Below, piece after piece: positions 27,320 through 37,539 of a DNA stretch of 64,000 nucleotides. Source of the DNA: Amoebophrya sp. A120 (lineage: Eukaryota; Protista; Dinoflagellata); the NCBI GenBank assembly GCA_905178155.1, contig CAJINV010000002.1, positions 5,637,709-5,701,708 on the forward strand, given 5' to 3'. A model generated the notes under the pieces. That model saw only the letters and a list, made by a program, of their open reading frames with translations. It did not search any database and had not been told where the DNA came from. Position 1 is the stretch's first letter, and each line of letters begins with the position of its first letter. Made by a program: the position numbers and the translations under genes.

Positions 27320-28121
27320 GATGTCAGGGTCTACAAGTCTGATCTACTGAGGAGAACCTAAATCGATCTACAGCGAACGCGACACGACACGCGGGTATAG
27401 GAGCTGGAAGTACACTTTGAACCGCTAATGCAACATTTGCGCACGTTTTGTCCGATTTCTTGACATTTGCCCCTTTTTACCATTTTACTGATGCTTTCTG
27501 CTGCAGACCGACAGCTGCTTTGGCATGGCTCTCCACATGGTGTCGCGCACTACCGACGCTAAGTTTTTTCCTGTTTTCCTAATTTCAAAGCCGACACTTT
27601 GACTGATCCTGACATGTCAATTACACGAGTCCTTGTGCGCTGAACTCGAGATGTGCGGCTGACGCGCACTCGCGACTATGGCATCAAAGTCCTGCCTATG
27701 CGCGATCTGACTTAGCAGAGCTGTTGACACATAAATCGAAACGTGGGTGCGTTTACACAAACATGTTGTACAGGAAAATATCCAGTCATTCTATTTTTCA
27801 ATCAGAATGTCACTCCAACTTGTTGTCCATTTTCCATCATACAACATATCAGCCTCATCTGAGCTGCTGCGTACATCCTCCTGATAATAAATCTGACTGT
27901 AAAATCACAACAACACATAATGAGGCCAAAAAAGACAGGCACAGTTAAAAATTAACATAGAAGTAGACCTACACTTTCATAGCACACAAAAAAAACTCTT
28001 CTCTTGGAGAAATTATCTTTCTAAACTGAACCATTCATTGAAGTGTACTATTACTTCTGTAAGCCTACGACAGGGCTGCCAGTGCTCTCACTACTGGCAG
28101 CTTGCGATGACAATAGTTCAA

Positions 28122-29667
28122 CTATTCATCCTTCTTGTCATCGACCGGCTTGCGCCAGTCCTCAAACTCCACTCCCTTGAACTTGTCACCGTAGATGTTG
28201 TTCTCCTTCATCTCCTTGAACTGGTTGATGGAGATGTCCCCGGCCTTGGGGTGGGCGAACCGGCAACCGGATCCGTACTGGCATTTCCCCCGCGACGACA
28301 TGAACGTGTGGCGCCAGGGCTTCGCCTTGGCACCCTTCTTGCCCTTCTTGCCGTCACCTGATGCAGTGCAATTTTCAATCATCTGTGTCAAAGCAGCCTT
28401 GCATTACAAGTTTTGCAGCGCGATTGTCTCACCTGGAGAAAGTAAAAATACATTGTGCACATGACACCTTCATCCGGGACATAGGATCCGAATCTTGTGT
28501 GCTGGAATCTAATGGCACCGGGCAAGCCCTCGGCCCACTTTGGCCACCATACCAAAAGAGTATGCCTGTGTGCTTTGACACCTTTGTTTCTCTTGTCTTT
28601 GGAGTACCAGGTCGGTCCATACATGGAGGCGTTGCTGGTCTGCTTCTCGATCAATGCCTGCAACTCCGAAGTCTTCTTGTTCAACACGGCGACCTCCTCC
28701 TGGATGATCTTCTTACTCTCCGCTGCGGATTCCTTCGCTTGCTGTTATGGGAACAAGTGACTTATTTTTCATGTCAAAAAGACAAATACTGCAGTTGCAT
28801 CATCACGCAGCACATACTGAACAAGAGACATCTTTTTTACCTCATGGATTGCTTTCTGCTTTTGCAATTCCTCACTCCACATGCGGTTGTATCGTCCTTC
28901 TTGCAAAAACGCAGTCATGCGTTGCTCATACGTCGTTCCCGGTGTGTACGAGTCTGGCGTCACTTGTTCGCTTTTGTACACGATGGCACCAAACACCTTA
29001 TCGGCGATGGCGTAGGAGTACTGGTTCGCAGCCATGATGTGCTTGTTGATCATGTTGTTGCGCTGGGCCCCGTTGATCAGAGCGGGGCGCTCCCTGTGGA
29101 TGACGCTGCTCATGGCGCACATCAAAGCGACGGGGCCGAACGGGTAGACCTCCTTCTCGTCCTGCTTGACCTTCTTACCCTCCTTGTACATTACACCTGA
29201 TAATTTCACATATGCGAAATAAAGCTTGACGTGCCTCAATCTACGATCACCACACACACACTGCCATGTCAGCAGGGCCATGACTAATCTTTTTTTTAAA
29301 CAGGTCAATATAGTGATAGCGATACCAGCCTCGTAGGTGGCCCGCGAGTTGATGATTTTGGCGGCCTTTGCGAAACTGGCCTGCGTGGGCTTCAGCTCGA
29401 CAATCTCCATCTCAATGCTGTAGAAGGCGTTCTCGATGGTCTGGTCCTGACCAACAAAGTGCTCCATGAACCGTCTCGATTCTGCAGCGTTCAACGCCCC
29501 TCCGGCTGTGATTTGTAGTGATGTGTTTTTTTTTTAATCAATTCATGTCTGTGATGAGAAACTTTTGCGTCGCAACACACGCTAGTAGCCAATAAGTCCA
29601 ATGTCATCACACCAAACATGATACCTACGGCAGCCGCAGCTGCAGGCGCTGGTGCTGGTGCGGCCAT
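28122..29667 (-). CDS. Gag-like protein (~362 aa, 5 exons) with coiled coil and a degenerate CCCH-type zinc finger
   Basis: Exons 29667-29625, 29505-29326, 29196-28841, 28741-28468 and 28357-28122 join through GT-AG introns into one 1089-nt frame. The C-terminus carries GKCQYGSGCRFAHP. The gag role is inferred from position and the zinc finger. Confidence 0.75.
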
Positions 29668-30058
29668 TTTTACTTGGTTTTTCGGGGTGAACCCTACTTC
29701 GCAGTGGAGAAGCCTCAAGCTTAGACAAAATTCCCTACGTGGAGATTTTTTGGTAAAGGATGTCACAAATCCATGGGCATCAACACAACTAAAACCGTCG
29801 CACTCAAGCACAGGTTTACTAGAGACGCGTGGACACGTAATGTCACATAGAGTAGCACTTTCGTCTCATCTCGTCAATTTTTCACCAGATCTCAATGACG
29901 TGCTGGATCTCACAGTAATCACATTCTTCCTTTCTGGGATGGAGAGTTTTTGTCTTGGCGCAACATGCTGTGATGAACACTGGAGCTGTGTGATGCTTGC
30001 GCCCACTTCTGCCCAGGGTGGAGCGCATACTTGCCATCTGTCATGTGCATTCTCAATC

Positions 30059-31474
30059 TTAAGCTCCACAGAAGTTCACTGGCAAAAACATGTCTCTGGA
30101 AATGTACGGCACTGATCGCACGTAGTGCAACAACATCTGCAAACAGGCCCATCTGCAGTGGATGACGCACCGCAGTGGCTCCACTTTCAGTAGGAAAAGG
30201 TGCGTTGCGCACCCGATCCGCCAGCTGTGGCTGGCAGCCTCGTGCTCTTTAAACACTCCTCGCATGATCAGTGTCACGTCCAGGTCATCTGCACACAACG
30301 TGGGTAAAATGCTTTTGAACTTGCACACACAATAGAAGTCAGGCATTCCACATTTCTGCAACTGGTCACACACACAAGTCACACGGACCATACTGTAATG
30401 GCTCACCTTGGTACTACACTCCATAAAATTCAACAGCAGGTCGTTCTTGTCGTACCTCATGTGGATCAAATCTTTACTGCCTGTCATTTGTGTGTCCAGC
30501 TTTTTTGTTTCGCTTTTCCGCAACGCTGCGAAAAAGGAAATGCAAAGGACTACCACCTGCCGGTAGTTCAGCTGCTTGGCAGCAAAGTACTTATGTATGT
30601 GAGCTAATGTCAATGGAGATTTTTGCTTTTTCCTTCCCAGATATCCCCGTCTGACCAATGTCGTCATTTCCTGCCGTATGAAGTCCTTGTCATTGTCCTT
30701 CATCCAGCACCGCGCGTCTTCCAAGACGTCTTTCGTAGCCTGCTGCACGCTTGCATAACCCGCTGCCATGCATGTGGCTATGTAAGCCCGCACTGAATCA
30801 AATCCCCACATGGTGAAGGGCAGCTCCGAGGCCACCTTCAGATACCGTTTCACCCGACTGTCGCGGTTATCTTCCGCTTTCTTCCTGGTGGTCATCGCGT
30901 CCAGGCTGCTAAGCGCGTCGCTCAGCAGTGTCCTGTCTTTCGCTATGTCCAGCGCCAGGGCCATCTTGCCCTGTGCGGCGGACTTCTCCTTGTCCGTTCT
31001 TGCCGCGAAAACCTCGTCAGTCGCAGCGTAGGCTCCTCTGGCCTGCCGTGCGAACTCCTCTTGTGTCAGATCCAGACACGACGCCCGTGACGCGGGATTG
31101 TCCTTCCTGTAGTGCGAGATGATCAGCCCATCGGGACCTCTCGTCGCCTTGTACCGCAGCGGCTCCAGCTGCTTCTGCAACCTGTATCCCTGTGCCTGCG
31201 TCATGTGCAGCACACCCAGCGCGTCCCCTTGTAGGACCTTATCGTGCTTTTCCGCCTCGTGAAAGAGGCCCTGCGGTAGGCTACTGCTGCTTTGCAGGAA
31301 ACCCAGCGGGAGCTTGTCGCCGCTGTCCACACACGACCTGACGGTCTTCTCCGCTGCCTTTTCTCCGAAAGCAGACTGCAACTTCTCGTATGAACTGAAG
31401 TTGTCCCGCGCAACTTCGGATAACTCGGCCTTCATGTCCGCCATGAAGGCATCGTCACTGAACTCATCGTCCAT
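30059..31474 (-). CDS. Tyrosine recombinase (DIRS-type YR), 471 aa
   Basis: Catalytic pattern FFAALRKSE (R), STK (K), SHSWRIGCAT (HxxR) and CRW...LHYVR (W/Y). Confidence 0.93.
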   Translation of the reverse strand: MDDEFSDDAFMADMKAELSEVARDNFSSYEKLQSAFGEKAAEKTVRSCVDSGDKLPLGFLQSSSSLPQGLFHEAEKHDKVLQGDALGVLHMTQAQGYRLQKQLEPLRYKATRGPDGLIISHYRKDNPASRASCLDLTQEEFARQARGAYAATDEVFAARTDKEKSAAQGKMALALDIAKDRTLLSDALSSLDAMTTRKKAEDNRDSRVKRYLKVASELPFTMWGFDSVRAYIATCMAAGYASVQQATKDVLEDARCWMKDNDKDFIRQEMTTLVRRGYLGRKKQKSPLTLAHIHKYFAAKQLNYRQVVVLCISFFAALRKSETKKLDTQMTGSKDLIHMRYDKNDLLLNFMECSTKVSHYSMVRVTCVCDQLQKCGMPDFYCVCKFKSILPTLCADDLDVTLIMRGVFKEHEAASHSWRIGCATHLFLLKVEPLRCVIHCRWACLQMLLHYVRSVPYISRDMFLPVNFCGA

Positions 31475-31500
31475 GGAGCGGGTGGGTGGGAAATCCGTAA

Positions 31501-31826
31501 AAAGAAAAATCAGCGGCTAAAGCCACCGATATCTTCGGTCCTGCTACCCTTATCTACTATTTTCTACCTAATTTGGCGTGGGTCTGTGGCTATACAGCTG
31601 TAGACTCTCCTTCACCCACATAAAGCCGCGACCTCGTCCCTCGCCTGCCAATTTTATCTGTGTTCAGGTCATCTCTGGCTTCTCATATATCATGGCTTTG
31701 ATGCTAACACAATGTGACCTCTGGTCCCGAACGAAGATCGGCCAGCGCGTTCCAAGCGCGGTATGAGCAAGCTCTACCAAAGTCGAGCGGGAAACCTCGC
31801 CTCCAGCGATGTGTACCTTGGGCGCC
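31501..31826 (+). repeat. Internal B1-A2 junction (copy of the circle junction)
   Basis: B1 (31501-31650) abuts A2 (31651-31826) at CCTGCCA-ATTTTATCTG. Confidence 0.95.
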
Positions 31827-32516
31827 TTCCGCCACCTACGCTCTCAACGGAGAGGGTGCCGACCGAGGCACAACCAAAAAGCGCCCACCAACGCTCGACG
31901 TGAGCGTAGCGAAGATATCTGAGGCTGCAAGCCGATCCTACCTTGAAGTCACGCACTGCGGAACCCTGCCTGTCCTCTCATGCTGCCGGCGTCATGGAGC
32001 CGATTCCTGACTGGCTCTTCCTTCGACTGGGACATCATGTCACCGACGTGAAGCGCTGCTACTCGGACGGGTCCAAATAGCAGCACTCCACATCCGTCTC
32101 GTGCTGAGCGCGGCGAACCGCGCCTGGCACTAGACGAACCTGCATCACGCATGGGAGCGCACCACCGGTGGGGTGACCCTTGCCTGGACAAGAGACTACC
32201 GACCCACCGAGCAGCAGCGCTTGACGCCGATGCGGCAGCACACCCTAGACGCTTACCTGATGCGCCTGTTGTCGCTCAGCGACGTCACCACCTGTACTGC
32301 CCTCAGGGCTTGCCATGTGCGCATTCCCCTTGCACACCGCAGCATCCAGTGCTGCGACACTGGCGATGGACTCCGTCGATGACGGGCCAGTCCGATCGCT
32401 GCTGACGCCGCACCAGGCGGTCCCGCCAGCGAGCCTTCAAGGCTATATACCCACCGCCAGGCACCTCCGGTCCTGGCGGGATCTGCAGGGGCACGGTCGA
32501 TCAGCACCGTGAGACC

Positions 32517-32666
32517 AAAGAAAAGTCAGCGGCTAAAGCCGCCGATATCTTCGGTCCTGCTACCCTTATCTACTATCTTCTACCTAATTTGGCGTGGGTC
32601 TGTGGCTATACAGCTGTAGACTCTCCTTCACCCACATAAAACCGCGACCTCGTCCCTCGCCTGCCA
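32517..32666 (+). repeat. Split direct repeat B2 (150 bp)
   Basis: Matches B1 with about 4 substitutions counted by eye. Confidence 0.95.
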
Positions 32667-34229
32667 ATCTTAGAGCTTCTGTTGACTAAGAAGTGCGCTA
32701 TTGCTGGGCAGTCCGCATTTTCTGAGTTTTCAAAAAATCTTAAAAAATTAAAAAATGTTAAACATCATTGAAAAAATTATTATGTGCCCATAAAAGCACG
32801 TGTATGCTCACACTTCGTATTATTTTGTAGCTTCGCTTTCACATATATACTCCATTACATGAATTTTTCTAGTTTTATTCAATCTATGAAAAATCGAAAA
32901 AATTCTGAAAAACTCAGAAAGTGAAGAAATGAGCTAAAAAGCTACTACCTTACACAGCCACGGACTTAAAATGAATATCGTGACCCAGTGCAATCTTGCT
33001 CCACGCAGTCTCGTTGACAATTTTGCGCATTTTTTTAGCGTTTTTGAAAAAAGTGAAAAAGTGCAAAAAATCCAGCGGGTAAAAATGCAAATAAATATGG
33101 TGGGAATACTATATGAGGTATGTGCAATAGGCCTAAAATAGGACAAATATGCATTAAAGTGGACTCATTACATGTCTAAATATGGCAGCTCTTACCATTC
33201 TCTGAAAATGAAAAAAGTAGCAAAATTGTGAACGTGGTGTAAATCCTACAAAAATCCATAAAAAATATGCAGAAAACATAAAATCTTTATGATTTTGCAT
33301 TTCCGATTAAGCAACGGATGTCGAGTTGACTTGGAATAACTATAGTTCAGCTATTCCGCAAAATGGTAAAAATTTTGGAAAAGTCCTTTGGTGATGCATG
33401 TGCTTAAAAGACTGGCGGAAAATGGCAGGTCGAACTGCCGTGCTCTCTTCTTTTACTATTCATACACGACTTGAAGTCGATGCGATCCGCCGCTGTGAGC
33501 TCCGGACGATTTTTACAAATCAAGAAAATTTGCAGGAATGGCTTGCCAGGCCGGAATGGCCCACCTTGCCGACCCGCTTCAGGGTGCGGCTCATGGCCCA
33601 TGTCTAGTGCTCTGCACTCCTTTCATACCGCCATCCAATGGCGTTGATGTGTGTGTTTTCGAAGCGTCCGCTGCAGGCTTTATCGCCCTATGGCCAATGG
33701 GGAGCGCCTGCAGCGTGGGACCGCCTCAGGGCACGGGCCTGCGACCACCGTGCTGGACGCGGCGGGGTCCCGGTGTGGCGCGCAGGCAGCAGCGGCGGCA
33801 TGCGGGCCCGCTCCGAACCGCCCGCGCAAGCTGCGCGACGCACTGCCGAGATTTCTGCTAATGAAACAAGATGCCGCAGTGGCAGGCCGACTGGATTCCG
33901 GGCCGCGCGCTCCCGGGGCCGAGAATATCGGCAGAAGGAAGTCGCCTGTGGCTTTTCCCCGGATGGCCGCGCAAACCCCTTGGAACGAGCCCCCGCGCGG
34001 GTATTTTCGGCCGGGCCCCGGCCCGTATTTCCCTTGGCGGGGAGGCGAGGCGCGTTCCCTGCTCGTCGTGTTTTCGGGGCCCCGCGCCTCGCAAAGAGAG
34101 CACGAACGGCGCATGGCTTGATCACGCAGCGCAATGACGCTTCTTGGAAGGTACACTGTGGACGAAATCAGCCGTACATAATAGCAAACCGAAGCGAATA
34201 GCCTTCGAATCCACTGAAGAAAAAAAACC

Positions 34230-36997
34230 ATGGCCGCACTTTGCTGCACGAAATTTCTGCGGCGAGCGTTCTTGCCGCTGTCCTTCTTTTTGACGGTGCT
34301 GATTTACCTCGACTACAGCATCTGGCAAGCGGTGAAGCGCGATCATGACGAAACCACGTTCCTGCCAACCGCGGCGAGAACCTCCTCCTCCTCCTCATCT
34401 AGCGGCGACAACGCCACCAGTTCTCGAAAAACGAAAAGAACTCCAACTTCTAACACGAGGACGAAATCAATCCGAAGCCGCCACCTCCCGCAGGATTTGC
34501 AGTCCTCGAAGTGGAGCGAGGTGCACAACTTCACCGTCGTGGTCATGTCCTTCCGCCGGCACTGCGAGGTTGCGGCCATCGTGAAGCACTTCCGCCGGTG
34601 CCGGCCGCGGCAGATCCGGGTCATGTGGAACGATTTGAGTCGGAAGCATTTGATTCCCAAGTTCAAAGCCGAGTTCCTGCTCCTGGACGGAACTGCGGAC
34701 AAGGATCCCGGAAAACAAGAACACCCGCGTGATCATGTAGTTGAGAAGGAGGAACATCAAACGGAAGTGGTGATTGACGTCCCGGAAGCCGACAACTTGA
34801 TGACGAACCGGTTCGCCGCGATGCCGTACGGCGAGTTGAAAACCGACGCGGTCTTGCAACTGGACGACGACATCATCTACCCCTGCGACGAGGTGATTGG
34901 CGCGTTTCGTCTGTGGCAGCGGTTTATCAAATGCAAATATGTCATCTGGGTCTGGAAGAATGTATATTTGTAATGCTGTCTGCGAATTCTAAAAGTATCT
35001 GAGTGAAGTGAGTGTTGCATGAGCATGAGCAGCAAGAGGAGTCAGTTCTTGGCACGCGGAGAGGGAGTTTCTCATGCGTAATTAGCATCAAGAAACTCTC
35101 AAAAAATCTGTGATGCTAGCACCAGCATCACAGACCTCACGGGTGATGCAAAATTTCCATGACAATCCCCGACTCTTCCAGACCCAGACATTTTTGCATT
35201 TGATACGGTTCCCGCACCGCATGATTGGCTGGACGCCGAGATTCTTCGAGTTTCCAGCTCCTCGTGGTGGAAAAAGCAAGTTGCGACCACCAGCCGCATC
35301 TACTGCCTCTTCGTCCGCAACAAGCCAGACCAGTGTTGATGTTGAAAATTACGATGGGCTGCAGTATTCCTGGGACACGAGCTACCACAAATTCGGGTGG
35401 AACCGCGCCTCCACCGTGTTTTTGACCAAGGGCGGCATGGCGCACAAGCGATTTTACAAGGCGTACGGGACCGACCCGCGGTTTGCCGAATTTCGGGACA
35501 TTGTGAACGAGAAACGGACGGCGGAAGACATTTTGATGTCCTTCGTGCACGCGATTACCATCAGGGAGGAAGTGGCTGGACAAGAACAAGCAGGAGCTAC
35601 TTCGGCAAAGTCCTCTTCTAGCAGCCTGATGATCCGTGGCACGACGGCGGTGACAAACGCGACGGCTCGTGATGTTACAGTTCCTGCTGTTGCAATAGAA
35701 GACAGAAAACCGCTCGTCGTCCTGGCTTATGGCGCGCATCAGGCGTCCGATAACATTCCCTACGGTATGAGTTGCGATTTGGTAGGAACCACATCAACCG
35801 CTGGTAGCAGTACTTCTACGAGCGAAAAGAAACCAGTCCAGCAGATAACCTCCCACAGTATCAACTGCAACTATGTTGTGTGGGTCTGAAAGGATGCAGA
35901 TATTTTGATGTCACAGTGGTACTTGTTTGCATGATCCCTGAACTTTGCTTCTATGGCATAACAGCATGATAACAAGTTTTGCCCGGCTTCTTGCGAATTC
36001 ATTCGCCGCGTTTAGCAGCATTACAAACAGACTTCCAGTGTCAGAAGAAGCCTCGCGATTCCTCTCCATGCGTCACAGATCTTGATGGTGTATCTTAACT
36101 CGTTTGCGCACGACTTAAGCTTAGCTTGTTCGCGCACGACTTAAGCCATACCCTAAGTATTCGCACGGGACTACAGCTCTTCGCCCGGTTCCTCAGAGCT
36201 CACTCCGTTGGCGCACGGCTTAAGCGAAGCTTAAGTCGTTCGCGAACGCCTTAGGCCCTTAGCCGTTTCGCGACGCCTTGAGCTTAACTCGTTCGCGAGC
36301 GACTTAAGCCCTTAGCCCTTTCGCGAACGACTTAAGCTTAAGTCGTTCGCAAACGACTTAAGCGCTTAACCCTTTCGCGAACGACTTAAGCTTAAGTCGT
36401 TCGCGAACGACTTAAGCGCTTAGCCCTTTCGCGAACGACTTAAGCCTTTAGCCCTTTCCCGAACGACTTAAGTCCGTAGCCCTTTCGCGAACGACTTAAG
36501 CTTAAGTCGTTCGCGCACGACTTAAGCCTTTAGCCCTTTCGCGAACGACGTAAGCCCTTAGCCCTTTCGCAAACGACTTAAGCGCTTAACCCTTTCGCGA
36601 ACGACTTAAGCTTAACTCGTTCGCGAACGACTTAAGCCCTTAGCCCTTTCGCGAACGACTTAAGCTTAACTCATTCGCGCATGCCTCAAGTTTCGCATCA
36701 GCACAAGGCCCGACCTCGACATAGTTGCAATGCATACACGCGGCGTACAAACCTCTCTCCGCATATTCTGACAGTATGGAAAGGCGGTTCAAAATCTTGC
36801 AGCAGCTCGCCACGAGATTCGGCGACGTTTTTGAAACAGCGACCTTTTCCGAAGATTACGCCGTTTGGGATTGGCGCGTGGGAAAGATGAGACTTGTGAA
36901 GGACTACTGCGGGAGCAGTGGGAGCGTTTTCAATGCTTTGAATTATTTGCTCTGCGTCCGGGAAATGTGGACGCTCCGGGGGAACATGACGCAATGA
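34230..36997 (+). CDS. Glycosyltransferase family 64 (EXTL2/exostosin C-terminal-like), type II membrane protein, 3 exons
   Basis: N-terminal TM helix; motifs FTVVVMSFRR, IRVMWN, TNRF, TDAVLQLDDD, WQRF|PHRMIGWTPR and AEDILMSF. Exons are joined across introners at 34925-35205 and 35859-36736. Confidence 0.88.
34925..35205. mobile_element. Introner/MITE family A in the GT64 gene
   Basis: TATCAAATGCAAA ... TTTGCATTTGATA, flanked by CGGTT/CGGTT. Confidence 0.92.
36094..36690. repeat. Palindromic minisatellite (alternating ~26 and ~28-bp units) inside a diverged introner
   Basis: Tandem CTTAAGCTTAAGTCGTTCGCGAACGA and CTTAAGCCCTTAGCCCTTTCGCGAACGA units. Confidence 0.9.
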
Positions 36998-37539
36998 AGA
37001 ACTGCGGGGTCATCTCATGGGGGGCGAAACAAGTCTCCGTTCTCTGCGAAGGAAGGAGGCTTCGCAGCAAGAAATTTTTCAGATAAAAAGGAAGTAAAGT
37101 AGACTTCTTGGCGTTTCTACATAGCATGCCCGTGCGCGGTCTGTAAATTTTCAAAGCTGCTCGTCAGCACCCTTGTACAATTGAAAAAGCCGACACGGGA
37201 ATCGATAGAAATGAAGCTACCAAGGCACTACACGCAGGAATCACCTGTGGTGCACGAGGTGCAGGGCAGCGGAGTTACTGAAAGATGACATTTGTGCCGT
37301 CAGAAAGTAAGTACTCACCCAATTTCCTTTTCGTACGTCGTTCTTGTGCTTTCGTGTCGTCTAGTCGCTGAATCTTTTTTGCAAAAACATCTAATAAAGA
37401 CAATGCGAACCTCGTTCTATCGTCCTGTCTTCGTTGACGCTTCGTTCAAATCGCCGTCTTAGATCATCTTTTCGCGGCTCCATTCTCGTTGTTTTCGTGT
37501 CCGTGTTATTTTTTGTCCAAGCTGTGAGGGTCGAGGTTC

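Larger units (their letters stand above)
24661..32668 (-). mobile_element. Tyrosine-recombinase retrotransposon (DIRS order, Ngaro/PAT-like split direct repeats), apparently intact
   Basis: Repeats A1 24661-24836, B1 31501-31650, A2 31651-31826 and B2 32517-32666. Encodes YR, gag-like and RT-RNase H ORFs. There is no TSD; both ends and the internal B-A junction share an AT core. Confidence 0.93.

Noticed and set aside
28361-29200. 279-aa plus-strand ORF inside the retroelement
   Set aside because: It is antisense to the spliced gag-like exons, with no motif and shadow-ORF composition.
24661-31826. LTR retrotransposon bounded by the 176-bp A repeats
   Set aside because: No TG...CA ends, TSD, protease or DDE integrase. 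A YR and a second repeat pair (B) indicate the DIRS order.
33600-34200. rRNA fragment or protein gene in the GC-rich stretch
   Set aside because: No recognisable rRNA motifs. ORFs in all six frames reflect high GC content.
36094-36690. CRISPR array or telomeric tract
   Set aside because: There are no unique spacers and no cas genes, and the context is a eukaryotic intron. CCCTTAG sub-units are embedded in longer units and do not form TTAGGG or TTTAGGG runs.
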